64,000 bases of DNA, taken from Azolla caroliniana. Taxonomy: Eukaryota > Plantae > Polypodiophyta. The notes under the pieces are model-generated. The model worked only from the letters and a program-made list of their open reading frames with translations. It searched no databases and was not told the origin of the DNA. The stretch lies in contig JBHGNT010000002.1 in the NCBI GenBank assembly GCA_043228905.1, positions 12,090,001 through 12,154,000 on the forward strand. Reading direction: 5' to 3'. The position numbers and the translations under genes are program-made. This document shows positions 38,289 to 51,600 of this stretch, one piece after another (position 1 is the stretch's first letter; each line of letters starts with the position of its first letter).

Positions 38289-41200
38289 AGTATAAATACA
38301 TCTAGGGAAAACATGTAGAACAGAACGTAGAACAAAAAGGGGGAGTAAGAGTGTTGTAGTGAAGCGCGAGAGGAAGAAGAGTGAGAGAGTGGTGGCATAG
38401 CTGTGTGTGTGAAACAACAAGCACCAAGAGCCCTGTGAGGCTAATACACTCCACAAATAGTGTTGTAATCTTCTTTGTTTGTATATCCACTATATAGTGA
38501 AGCTCTGTTCCCGTGGTTTTCCCCGTTTAGGGTTTCCACGTAAAATCTGTGTACACGATTGTGTATTTCAATGTATTCTTCTTGTGAGTTAATGATTGTT
38601 TTCTCTACAAACTGGTATCAAAGCTTGAGGTGCAAGCATTGAAGGAGGTGTGAGCGGCTTCCTAGGTATGATAGTTCTAAACTCTCAGAACTATGCGGAC
38701 TGGAAGATAAAGATGGAGAACCTTCTCATAATCAAAGACCTGTACAAGCCGATTGACAGAGCAGAAATACCAACGGGGGTATTAGAGTTAGAATGGAAAC
38801 TTCTTAACAGAAAGGCGGTGGCCACCATTCGACAGTGCGTCGATGCAAGTGTCCTTCAGCATGTGGCAAAAAACATGAATGGTCACGAGATGTGGCAGAA
38901 GCTATCAGGTCTATATGAGAGGAAGAACACCCTTAATAAAACCTCACTAATGAGAAAGATCGTACGGTTGAAATACATAGACGGTGAGAGCACTGTCGAA
39001 CACATCAACACATTCATGGGGTATGTAAATCAACTTGCTACAACCAAGTTTCCCCTTGATGATGCGATGCAAGCCATCCTACAGATGTGCACACTGTCGG
39101 ATAGTTGGGAGAACCTAGTGGTTACTCTCAGCACCTTCTGCCAAGATGAGAACTTGTCTTTACAAGTGGTGAAAACAAGCATCTTGAATGAGGAAGCGAG
39201 AATGAAGGACAAGGGTGTTCTGCCTCATTCATATGCGAATGTGTCATAACATTCAGACAAAGGAAGGAACCGACAAAGGAGTCCACCAAGGAGAGAAAAG
39301 TCTTATGCCAAATCGAAGTCCAGAGGTAAGCTAACATGCTTTTATTGTGGAAAGCTTGGACATTTCCAGAAGGACTACCGACATCTTAAGAAGGACGAGT
39401 GTCGGTAATAATGTCGAACCCAGGAAGATTCCTGATGAAAAGAGCACTTCGGCCATTGCTATGATTAATGAAGAACTCATGTTCATTTGTGAATAGGCAA
39501 GTGCAAATCTTGCCAGCAAAGAATGCACTTGGGTTATCGATTCCGGTGCATCTTTCCATATAACTCTGTCAAGAGAGTATTTCTCGACTTACATAGCTGG
39601 TGATCATGGCAATGTAAACATGGGTGATAATGGAGAGTGCAAGGTGGCTGGAATCGAAAGTGTTTGCTTGACGACGTCGACAGGGTGTTGGCTGACTCTG
39701 AAGGATGTTCGACACGTCCCCAATATCATATTGAATCTGATATCGACTAGAAAGATGGACGACGAAGGCTATAGTGGTAGCTTTCGTAATGGCAAGTGGA
39801 AGTTCTGTCGTGGAAACCTCATAGCGGCCAGAGCACAGAAAGAAGACACACTTTACATGATGCATGCTCGATTGTGCAAGTCGGAAGTGAATGTAGCAGC
39901 CGTCTCGAATGGAGAGTTATGGCATAAGAGGCTAGGCCACATGAGTGAGAAGGGTCTGCATTTGTTTGTTGACCAGACACTTCTACCAAAAGTAAAGGGA
40001 GTGCACTTGGAGAAGTGCGTTGACTGCTTAGTTGGAAAGTAGAACATAGCAACTGGAAGAAGAAGAGAAGTGCCATTGGAACTAGTACAGACAAATGTGT
40101 GTTATGTGGATGCTCTGTCGCATCGAGGCAATCGATACTTTGTGACTTTCATCGATGACTATAGTTGGAAGCTGTGGGCTTTCGCACTAAAGTCAAAGAT
40201 CAAGTATTGTCGTTCTTCAAGGAGTTCCAAGCATGAGCCGAACGAGAGTCAGGTCGGAAGTTGAAAGTTGTCCAAACCGATAATGGTGGCGAATATAGAG
40301 GGCAATTTGAAGAATATTGCAAGGCCCAAGGTATTTGAATCGAATACTTAGTGCCGAAGACCCCTGAGTTGGATGGGCTTGTAGGGAGGATGAAATGAAC
40401 AATCATGGAGAGAGTAAGGAGCATGCTGTCGCATACTAAACTGCCCAAATCGTATTGGGATGAGGCAATGTACACAATGGTTTACCCGATCAACAGGTTC
40501 TCCTCAGTACCATTGAAAGGTAATGTCCCACAAAGGGTGTTCAGATTCTTAGTGTATATGCATGTTGCAAAGGATCAGAGGTCGAAGCTCGAAGTAGGGA
40601 GAAGTCGACATGTAGTTTTCTTGGAAGACAAAACAATTGAGGATTGGAAGGAAACGAAGCCGGAATCGACTCCCCAATCGCCCTAGACTACCACCTTAAG
40701 AATAGCTGAACTGACATAGTCGGCTAATCGGAGATAGCCAGATGGAAGAGTTGAATCGGATTCTGTCGACTCAGATCAACCGACCTATGAGTTGGAGTCG
40801 ACAAACCTATTAAAGTCGATCGAATAATAAGAATCGGAGTCAGTGGACATCTGACAACCAATCGACATGAATGAACCCGAGCCGAGAGAAGAGTTGGCAG
40901 AGACATCCAAAGGAGAGCCAATGAAGAGTGGAAGGAGATACCCACTCAGAGAAAGAAGAGCACCAACAACATATGTCAGTCAATACATCCACTTGACTGA
41001 TGAAGGTGAACCAGAGTGCTATGACGAAGCCATTGCCAACAAGCACAGATAAAGATGGTTGAGTGCAATGCAAGACAAGATGGACTCCTTGCATTAAACT
41101 ACACCTACGACCTGATAGAATTACCGAAAGGTAAGAGAGCACTTAGAAACAAATGGGTGTATAAGGTGAAGATTGGAGAAGTCGACAGTGTGCCCAGGCA

Positions 41201-41498
41201 TAAAGTCCGCATAGTGGTGAAGGGGTTCCAACAAAAAAGGGGTGTTGACTTCGACGAGATATTCGCTCTAGTAGTAAAGATGACATCCATAAGAACTGTT
41301 CTGAGCATAGCTGCCATCATGGATCTGGAGATCGAACAGTTGGATGTCAAGACAACATTCTTGCACGAGGAGCTAGATGAAGAGATCTACATGTTGCAAC
41401 CTGAAGGCTTTGAGGAGAAAGGGAAAGAGAACCCAATGTGTCGACTGAAGAAAAGCTTGTATGGGTTGAAACAAGCTCCACAGCAATGGTACAAGAAG

Positions 41499-44400
41499 TG
41501 TTGTCTGCCTGGCCGGACTAGCCTCAACACAGGTGTCTATCCGACACTTCTCCAAAGGGGTGGTAAGGATTGGATGCTAGGTTACACGCGTAAGATGATT
41601 ACAATTAAGCACAGACGGTAAAACAATACAGAGATACAGATAAACACGCAATAATTCTATTTGTATTACTTCCGTCAAAACCTTTACAAATCATCGGATC
41701 CTTTTATAGGCATCCGGCAAGGTTACAATCGGTGCGCTTAGGCAACCGGCATCCGGATCCGGATCGGTACAACTGTACCGGATCCGTCCCTCCGAATAAT
41801 AATTCTACTATTATTTACTTCCTATTATCCGATCCGACTCTGCCTTCCCACTTGTCCTTGCTCTTCTGAACGGTCAACACATGGCACGCCCGTGGGAAAG
41901 TGCCTTGCACTTCGAATCCACTCCCGGCCTCATTCTTCCTCCAAAATATCGAGCACACTCTGCTCGATGGTGTCAAGTGGTGCTTCTTCCTCCAATTCCT
42001 GTTCCTTGCCTGCCTGGTCTCCGACCTCCGGTTGGGTTGGCTGTTCCGTAAAAATTTGCTGCTCCGGCTCTGCTTGATTCTGTGGTGCCGGTGCTTCCTC
42101 ACCGCTCCGTCCGGGTTCTTCCTGTTCTCCCTCCATTCCCGGCTCTGTTCTGTTACCAGTCTCGCTTTCTCCAATCTCGACTGGTCTGCTTGGTACGCCT
42201 TCTTCCTCTGCTCTGGTGTCTTCCGGTCTCAGCTCGTCTTCTTCTCTGGCATCGGTCTACTCCTGCTCTTCTTGATTTCCTTCGAACGGAAGTTCTTCTT
42301 CGGGTATTCCTTGTCGGGGTTGTTCGGTGTCGGTTGGTTCAACTTCAGCCGATCGCTCTCCCTCACTTATAGTGATTGGCGTCGTTCTTCCTTTGGCTTC
42401 CTGTCGTAACCGGTCCTGCTCGTATTTCTCCAACTCCAACTGAGTTGCGAGCTGCCCGTCATCCAACCTCTCTACCAACCCTCAGATTTCTTTGAGCTGT
42501 TCTTCCGCTAAAGCGTAGAAATCCTCCGACAATTCTTCCCGAATGGCGACGATACTTTCTTCATCCATCTTGTAGAACTTGTCACCGGTCTTTCTCCGAT
42601 TCTCGGCATCAGCTCGGAGTGTCTGCAGCTCGGCTGCCTGTTGTGACCACTCCTTCCATAGCTTTTCCGTACTTTCGTTGATGCTTGCCTGAGCTCGGGT
42701 GCTCCAACCTGACATGATGAGCTTGATCCGGTCAACCCCCGCCTTAGCATGCGCATAAGCTTCTTGCTTTTCCTTCCTTGCCCGTTTTATAATGTCGGCC
42801 ATTATCTGAGCCTGGGCCTCGTAATCCGCTTTCTGCTTTTCATACGTACTTTGCAGTTTGTTGATCGTGAAGGTCAATCTTTCCTTTTCTTCATTCCTGA
42901 TCTTGGTCAGATCCAGCTTTTCCCGCCTTAGCGCCTCTAATTCCTTCCTTCTCTCCGTCGCTTGGGTTATTTCCGCCGACAATGCTTCCTTTTTGGCACT
43001 GACCTCATCCATTGCCTTAGTCAGATCTAATCGGGTCTCTTTGAGCTGTTCTTTCAGCTTCTCTATTTGCCGGTCATAGTCTGTTGCCCGTTTCTTGTTG
43101 TCCGACTCGGCCTGCTTGTGATCTCGGTAGAGACGGTCGAAGTCCTCCGTCTTCTGCTTCAGGCGTCGGTTTGCCTGAGCTCTAAACCGGTCATCCCGGT
43201 CCTTCTGTTGTCGGAGTTCTTCCTGCAGTCGTTCTATCTCCTGCTCGGCATGTCGACGCAGTCGGTCCTTCTCCTTTTGCAACTTCTCTTTTTCTTCTTG
43301 CAGTCGGTCATTAGTGGCTCGGCCTTTCCGGAGGCCTTCTTCCCTTTTCCGTCTGTCGTCCTTCACCGCTTTCCGCTGCTCCCTTTCTTTTTCCCTTAAT
43401 GCCTCCTGAGCTTTTAACTCCTCTCGTAAGGTTTCTATTATTTTTTCGGTCTAAGGGCCGGTTTGCAAGGCTACCGGTTCCGGTTCCGGTTCTGGTTGCT
43501 TCCTTGTTGTCCCGACCGGCTCGGTGACAACTTATGCTTGTTGAATTCCTTCCCTTGCCTGCAACAGCTCCCCTTGCAATTCCTCGATCTGTGTTCGGAG
43601 CGCGACCAACTCTTGGGTTGTTGTATGCGTCAGATGTTGCCTACACGTTTCTTCTTCCTCTAACTGGTCCGCTACTCCCGATAACTGCTCCGAAAGCCAT
43701 CTCAGCCATTGTGGCTTTGTGCTTCCTGTGTCGGGGTAGCCTTGCTCACTTCTACTCCTTAACTCAGGTTGTTTTTTCTCTGGCTCCGGCGCTTGTTCAT
43801 TCCTCTTCTCTGGGATGACCGGTTCTCTGAAGTCCGGTAAAACCGGTGTCGGTGCTGCTTCCCTCGGTACGGGTTCCGGTACTGCTTCTGCCTCGGCTAT
43901 TGGAGGTGGTCCTTGCGCCCTCTGTTGAGTTTTGTCAACTGGTGGAGCCGGTCCTTTCGCCCGTCTCTCCCGACCTTGTCTTGCTGGGAGTCTTACCAGT
44001 GGTTCGGATGAGTCTTCTGTTTCAGCTTCCTCCTCCGGTGCGGCTACCAGACGGACCTTTTGTATAAAGACCTCTGGTTCCGGTTCCGGCCGTCGCAGCG
44101 TTATATTGATTGGTTTGAGCGCTACCGGTTCCTCCTCGGCCGATTTCCCTTTGCCTTTTCCTGCCGGTTTTGCCTTTGTTGCCGGTTCCTGTTGCTGTCG
44201 GGATGGTCCTTCCCCCCGCTGTTCTGCTTCTTCCTAGGTCCATCCGGGGGTGTGTTTCTCCAGGATATGTCGGCGCTTTGTGACCTTTTTTGGCGTTGTC
44301 TCCTGCCGACCTCTTTTCTTTTGTTTGATGGGGAGCACCGGTGGGACTAGCACCGTTAGCCATTGTGCTATCCCGGCCCATGGCTTTTTTCCCATCGTGG

Positions 44401-44793
44401 TCGCCAAAATAGTGTTGTCTGCCTGGCCGGACTAGCCTCAACACAGGTGTCTATCCGACACTTCTCCAAAGGGGTGGTAAGGATTGGACGCTAGGTTACA
44501 CGTGTAAGATGATTACAATTAAGCACAGACGGTAAAACAATATAGAGATACAGATAAACACACAATAATTCTATTTGTATTACTTCCGTCAAAACCTTTA
44601 CAAATCATCGGATCCTTTTATAGGCATCCGGCAAGATTACAATCGGTGCGCTTAGGCAACCGGCATCCGGATCCGGATCGGTACAACTGTACCGGATCCG
44701 TCCCTCCGAATAATAATTCTACTATTATTTACTTCCTATTATCCGATCTGACTCTGCCTTCCCACTTGTCCTTGCTCTTCTGACCGGTCAACA
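41499..44793 (-). mobile_element. Non-autonomous LTR element G without recognisable gag/pol
   Basis: 381-bp TG...CA LTRs 41499-41879 and 44413-44793 (about 7 substitutions by eye); perfect TSD AGAAG. TATAAAAG and the ORF lie on minus. tRNA-complementary sites at both inner edges. Confidence 0.95.
41930..44395 (-). pseudogene. Disrupted Pro/Glu-rich and long coiled-coil ORF of element G, function unknown
   Basis: ORF 42482-43366 is a continuous K/E/R-rich heptad-like stretch. Acidic ORFs 42257-42478 and 41930-42136 continue it across stops; upstream low-complexity frames reach the PBS. Confidence 0.7.
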
Positions 44794-47700
44794 AGAAGTT
44801 CGAGTCCTTCATGGTGGAACATAGGTTCCAGAAAACACAGGTTGATCATTGTGTGTTCGTAAAAAGGTACGATGAAGGAGACTTCTTAATTCTCTTATTA
44901 TATGTAGATGACATGTTGATAGTTGGTCAAGATACAAGGAAGATCGGGAGCTTGAAGAAACCCCTAGGCAAATCGTTTGCCATGAAAGATCTTGGACCGA
45001 CTAAACAAATCTTGGGGATGCACATAGTTCAGGACAGAACTAAGAAAGTGTTATGGTTGTCACAAGAGAAATACATGGCGAAGATCCTTGAAAGATTCAA
45101 CATGTCAAAGGCGAAGCTAGTCAGCTCTATGTTACCGACTAACTGCAAGTTAAATGCAAAGCAATGCCCGAGAGGGGGGAAAGAAAAGGCTGAGATGAGG
45201 AAAGAGTACCATATGCCTCAGCCGTCGACAGTTTAATGTATGCTATGGTATGCACGAGACCAGACATAACATTTGTTGTGGGAACAATAAGACAATATAT
45301 GAGTAATCCAGGGCGAGAACACTGGGTCGTAGTGAAGTGGATACTCAGGTACTTAAAAGGCACCTTGGGGGTATCCCTAAGGTATGGTGTCGGAAAACCC
45401 ATGCTCGAAGGGTTTACCGATTCAGACATGTCACGGGATGCAGACTTGAGTTGATCCACGTCAGACCTACACAGGGGGAGCAATGTCATGGTAGTCACGA
45501 CTGTAGAAGTTTGTGGCCTTGTCAACCACATACGTAGAGTATATGGCAGCGGTAGAGGCCGGCAAGGAGCTGATTTGGATGAAGAGTTTCCTCAGTGAAC
45601 TTGGGATGAAGCAAGAAGAATTCTTGCTCCATTGTGATAATCAGAGTCTCATACATCTTGCAAAGAACGCTGCATACCACTCTTGAACCAAGCATATACA
45701 GAGGAGGTATCACTAGTTGAGAGAGAAGGTAGATGAAGGAGAGTTTTTCCCCGTGAAGATCCATACCGCCGACAATGGATCCGACATGCTCACGAAGAAC
45801 CTACCAATGGACAGACTCAGAGTCTGTTGACAGAAGATAGGACTGACCGACTCCCACCCACTAGAGTGAAGGGGGAGTTTGTTGGGAATATGTCCCTCTA
45901 GTGGGAGGAGCTGACTGTTTGGGCCAAGAAGCGCCAATAGTCGAAGACGAGGAGGAGCCAACTGTTCAGACCGAGTGCTAATGGTTGAAGAGTCTTCTAC
46001 GAGAAAGTCGATTGGGTGAGTCGACAGGAAGGAGATCCAGGTCGAAGACACAACCGACTAGTCGGACCGACTGGACAGTCGACACTAGAGCCGGTTGATG
46101 GCTACTTATTATTATAGATAATAATAGTAGTGATGTGTAGTAGGGGCTACACTTGTATAGCCCATATGATGTATGAGTATAAATACATCTAGGGCAAACC
46201 TGTAGAACAGAACATAGAATAGAAAGGGGGAGTAAGAAGGTTGTAGTGAAGCATGAGAGGAAGAAGAGTGAGAGAGTGGTGCCATAGCTGTGTGTGTGAA
46301 ACAACAGGCACCAGCAGGCTGATACACTCCACATAGAGTGTTGTAATCTTCTTTGTTTGTATATCCATTGTATAGTGAAGCTTTGTTCCCATGGTTTTCC
46401 CCGTTTAGGGTTTCCACGTAAAATTTGTGTACAATGTTGTTGTGTGTGTTCCTAAAGGTAGCACGAGGATTAGGGTTTATGTCAAAAACAGAGAGGGAGA
46501 GAATCTGAGTAAGAGACAAAGGGAGAGAGAGAGATGCGCTCTGTCTTGGGTACAAAGAGTGTACCTCTTTTTTGGTTTTTGATATTCTGTATATACAAGT
46601 CAAAAGTGTGCTATGAGTGCGTTCACACTTGTGCACTAATAAAAGGCACGATGGCCCTTTATTCCCAACAACCTCCCACCTAAAGGCAATGTGTCGTGAG
46701 AAGATAAAAAAGAAAAAGAAAGTCAGCTAAGTCCAAGTATGTACAAAGTTGAACTACATACATCTATCCAACTCCTATCATCTGTCGGCAATGAGCAAAT
46801 TGCTCAGCCGGAAGACCCTTCGTGAGAAGATTTGCAGGATTATTATTTGTATGTAGTTAGTTTGACAAGCTCAATGTTCTTGCCGTCAAGTACATCTCTG
46901 ATGAAGTGATACTTCACCTCTATGTGCTTCGTCTTTGCATGAAAGACGAGATTCCGAGCTAGCATGATAGCACTCTGGTTGTCACAATGAAGAATAGGTA
47001 ACTCTGTAATGCCAAGATCTCTCACTAGATATGAAAGCCATAAAGCCTTTTTGCATGCCTTAGTGGTAGCAACATACTCTACCTCTATAGTAGACAATGC
47101 AACATACTTCTGTAGTTTGGAGGTCCAAGAGACCGCTCCTCCTGTGAAAGTAAACACATACCCAGAAGTAGACTTCCTGCAATCTGCGTGACTAGCATAG
47201 TCCACATCCATAAAATCAACGACAGATGCCTTTTGCTTTCCAAAGAAAATGCCCAAATCCTTTGTGCCTTTGAGGTATCTCATAATACCTTTCACCGCTT
47301 CCCAATGCTTTTTGCAGGGATTTTCCATGTACCTACTAACCACTCCCACTGCAAAGGCAATATCAGGGCGTGTAGCAACCATCGCATTAATCAAACTTCC
47401 AACGGCTGAAGCATATGGAACCTTAGCCAATTCAGCCTTCTCATCATCAGCCGTAGGGCTGTCTTCTGCACTGAGTTTCAAATATTGAGGCAATGGAACC
47501 CCAATTGCTTTGCCCCCCTCCATATTGAAGCATTGCAAAACCTTAGAGATATGCTCCTGTTGAGATAGAAGGAGAACCCCTTTTGACCGGTTTCGGAGTA
47601 TTTACATGCCAAGGATGTGATTTGCATCACCAAGATCCTTCATATCAAAGCTTCCATGAAGGCTTTGCTTCAATGAATCCAAGGCATGAATATCCTTGCC

Positions 47701-48658
47701 AGCAATCAACATATCATCAACATACAAAACCAAGACAATCAAGTTGCCATCTCCGACCTTCTTGGTGTACAAGCAGTGGTCCACTTGACTTCTACGAAAA
47801 CCTTGAGACTACATAAATGCATCAAATTTATGATACCATTCACTTGGTGCTTGTTTCAAAACATGTTCGCGTTCACAAGTGGAAAGATTGCACATTCCAC
47901 TTGTAGAATCTTCTTGAAACGAAGCAAATACACCCTCTCTACAAAAATTGGATGCACTAGTATCACATGTTCCTCAACTTGATGAGAATTTGCAAATATA
48001 AAAATACATGATAGGTCTACGAGTGGAGATAATTAGAAATCATGCAAGTTTGGACGTGTTGATAAGTTAATGTAGGCATAATAAAGTTCAACAATGGCTC
48101 AATATGTCACTATTGTGCGACAAGGGAAACACTAAGTTAAAGACTTATATTAATTAGGTAAGGCTTTCATACCTATATTTAAAATTGATCTACTCTATTG
48201 CTTAGGTGATTCACACAGGATCAAACTCCGAACGATAACGCAAGTGGAACTACAAGCGTATAAAAACATGCGGATAACGCTAGTGGAACCATTATCAACA
48301 CACTACACAATCTAAGCAGCAATGGAATAGAAACATAATAGTTTCAACAATAGAAGACAAAGATCCATGATAACAACATGGACAGTCATGGCAACAATTG
48401 TAGGGCCATGTTATGTTAAGGTTATCTTGGACCAAAATCAACCTCAATTTAAACTAATTCATGTTTCTCCATAAATTTGGTAGTCAGCTATGCACGCGGT
48501 GAAACCAATGTCATAAATCTACTAACCAAGTATATAAAAATAAAATTGAAACATATAGAAGATTATAAAGAATAGAATCCACTAAGTAAAACCCAAAATT
48601 TGTATTAATAATGTGAAATCCAAACAAATTGTCAGTGTCATTTTCTTCATAGAGTCTA

Positions 48659-51600
48659 TTACATAACAATCAATTCATCAATGTCATTTTCTTCATCATC
48701 TTCTGTAAAACTCTCTTCGGCTATACGTGGATTGGCTTCCCCTATTAGCTGAGCCAACGAAATATCTTCTATAAGCTCATCATCAAGCTCTATTAGCTCC
48801 CCCGGTTCGTCGTCTAACGGAGGAATAGGCTCTCGCGAAGCAGATTGAAACCTTTTTGTATTAGCGAGGTTCTTTGCATCGACCTCCTCATCCTGGTCTA
48901 GGCACTCCCACAAAGCCTTAATCCTCATATTTATAAATATAACCTGCTCCTCGTCCTTCTCCAATGCAACTGTATTTCTAAAGAGCTTCAATGCACATGC
49001 AGACGTCGTTCCTGTGAAGAAAGTAACAAGAAGAATTAGTTGTCAAACAAAAAAGATTCGGTATTGGTTATCTCAAGATCGTTACCCTAGTTCAAGGAAT
49101 ACCTGTGCTAGAAAAGAGATCTAATATCCAATCTCCTTCGATAGAAAACATCTTGATCAAGCGCATCATAAGTCGTACAGAGGTTTTTGATATGGGTTGA
49201 CAAGTCCCCGTTCTGTCGTGGTGACATGTCGCAATTTCCGTGTCACTGTTGGATATACCAACAGATTTGAACCTCCCACTTCATTAGAATGCTCCTTGAT
49301 TCTTTCTTTCTTAATTTCATCAAAGTAGCCAACCGTGATGTATTCAATGGCATTAACGAACCGAAAAGTTGGCCCTCTATTTACATTGGTTTTTATCCTA
49401 TAAAAAACAATACATCGAGTTAAGAATAGATTGAACAACCTTAAGAAATGCAATATAGTGAATGACACCTATAAATAATCCTTACCATGCAAGGTTCTCG
49501 ATGCCATGGCAACGAGATCTCAAAGCTTGAGCTATCGAGTACCCTTGGTCCATACTATGAAAGACAACTATTCGCCACAAGGATGCAGTTCTTAGCTCAG
49601 CGAAATCCTTGACCATCTTCTCCAATTGTTTAAACCTAAATGGTTCATCGTCGTATGATGACCTAGCCATTCGAAATCCTTAAGGAATATCCGCAATCAT
49701 TAGCGTATATTCCTTCTTTGGCACTTTTTGGATCAAGTCGACGACATCACCGCAAACCACTTTGTAGTAAAGATCTCTCGTAATATCTTTTTTGTGGCTA
49801 AATTTTTTAAAGGAGCCATCTTCCTCCATTTCGTACGCCTTGACTAAGTGACGATCCTTTTCTTTTCTGGCTCGCTCGAGATGTGCAAGGAAGGATGTAG
49901 GGAAATCATGTATATCCTTAACTTCTCCTTGTTTCTTGCCACGACACGGTTTCTAATAGAAGCAATAGAACATTAGGTATTATTATACAAGCTCTACATA
50001 TGATGAAAGCGTAATGAAAAACCACCAATACTAACCCAATCCTTGAATGCAATAAAATACTCTGATAACGCCTTATATGAAGACGTTAGAGGATAATCCT
50101 CGGTCACTTGTTCCCAAGTTATACATCCAAGTTGTTTCATCAGAACTTCTTGGATCTTCATGTACAACTTATGACTGTAAAATTAGAAATCAAGATTAGA
50201 ACTTTGAATTACACCATATAGACTTCAATTTCAGTATTTGAAAGACTTACTTATTGAACTTAGTGACCATTTCTTCAAGGCTTAAATCTTTCGCCACAAC
50301 CCTTGACAAAACAGACACAAGAAGTTGCTCGTCCTTAATACCTTGCATCGCTCTCCACAGAGACAACTTTATGTCGTCAGCCGCTTCTTCAATTGTCAAA
50401 TCAATTTTCTTGTCAGCTTGTGACTTTAACTCTAGTTGAGGGTCAACCTTACATTTCTTTTGTCGCTGACCCTTTACCTCATTCTCCCACATTGAGAAGA
50501 TTTGATCCTGTAGATCCCATACTTCTCCATCTCTAAAGGCCAGTTGAAACCAAGACTCATATTTTTGAAGACCATCGGACTTAACATTATCATCTACCAC
50601 AATACCGACATCATGCAGACATTGACGTCGTAGACTTGGATGTAGCTTCACACCAAACTTTTGTTTCACGTCCAAATACTCATGGTGGAAGAACCTTATA
50701 CGCTCAATCAACGACATTTTCTGCCTATAGTCATTATCATTATTATGGTCCCATGCCAACAGCTTTGCCTCTTCAGTTGTGAGCCCCACGTAAATTTTGC
50801 ACTCGGCATACTTGAAGAAGAAAGTCGTTGGATGTTCTCTCACAAGTTGCCGACGTGCCTCCGCTGAATGCGATCCACCAATGACAAAGTAATTATATTG
50901 ATCATGCTTTCTAATATCAAAATCTTCAATGGTTTCACATTCTTCAGGATCTACCATAACAATAAAAGGCACCACAGTGGCATGAGGATTAATTTTCATT
51001 TTGTTCTTGAGATTTTGAACATGCATGCGGTGTGACTCTCTAATCTCAAGTGGTCTTCGACCTGTTTTTTCATCAATAGGAGGCCGATGGATGTGTGTTA
51101 TAGGCAAATTAAACACTTGCCCTTTCCTGACCAGTTTACGCTGCATTATCTCTCTCCTTATCTTATTTTGCTCGGATGGCAACACACCCGATGCCAGCTC
51201 AGCTCCTGGCGTCCCCTTAGTGTCCTCCTCTTCGTTTTCACTTGTTGAATCGGAGTCCGACATTTTAGTTGTCTTCTTCTTTGGTGGTCTTGATTGTACT
51301 TTAGATACCCTTTTTGTGGCCTTCACTAGGGAGGGCACTTCCTCTCTTAGAGTTACATGGCCTTGTATATAAGGCCTGAAGGTAACAATAAGGTTTTGTG
51401 AGCTTTCAAGATCTTTTTTGAACGCTTCTGGCCCACAAGATTCCTTTACTAGAAGATCTTTTGAAAGGAACACTTTTACGTACCCCCTTGGAGCACTCTA
51501 TCATTACCAGTATGTTGGCCGAATCTGCATTTTCGTAGTCAAATCGTAGAATACGGCCATACATAAATGGGGTTTCCTTTCCAACCTGCCCCTCCCCCTT

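Larger units (their letters stand above)
38289..46437 (+). mobile_element. Degenerate Ty1/copia element E (C family), interrupted by element G
   Basis: Partial 5' LTR 38289-~38610 matches 46176-46437. PBS TGGTATCAAAGC at 38613; gag 38668-39249; protease WVIDSGAS; RT split at 41498/44794; PPT GAGTGAAGGGGGAG; 3' LTR from 45880, cut by element H. Confidence 0.9.
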
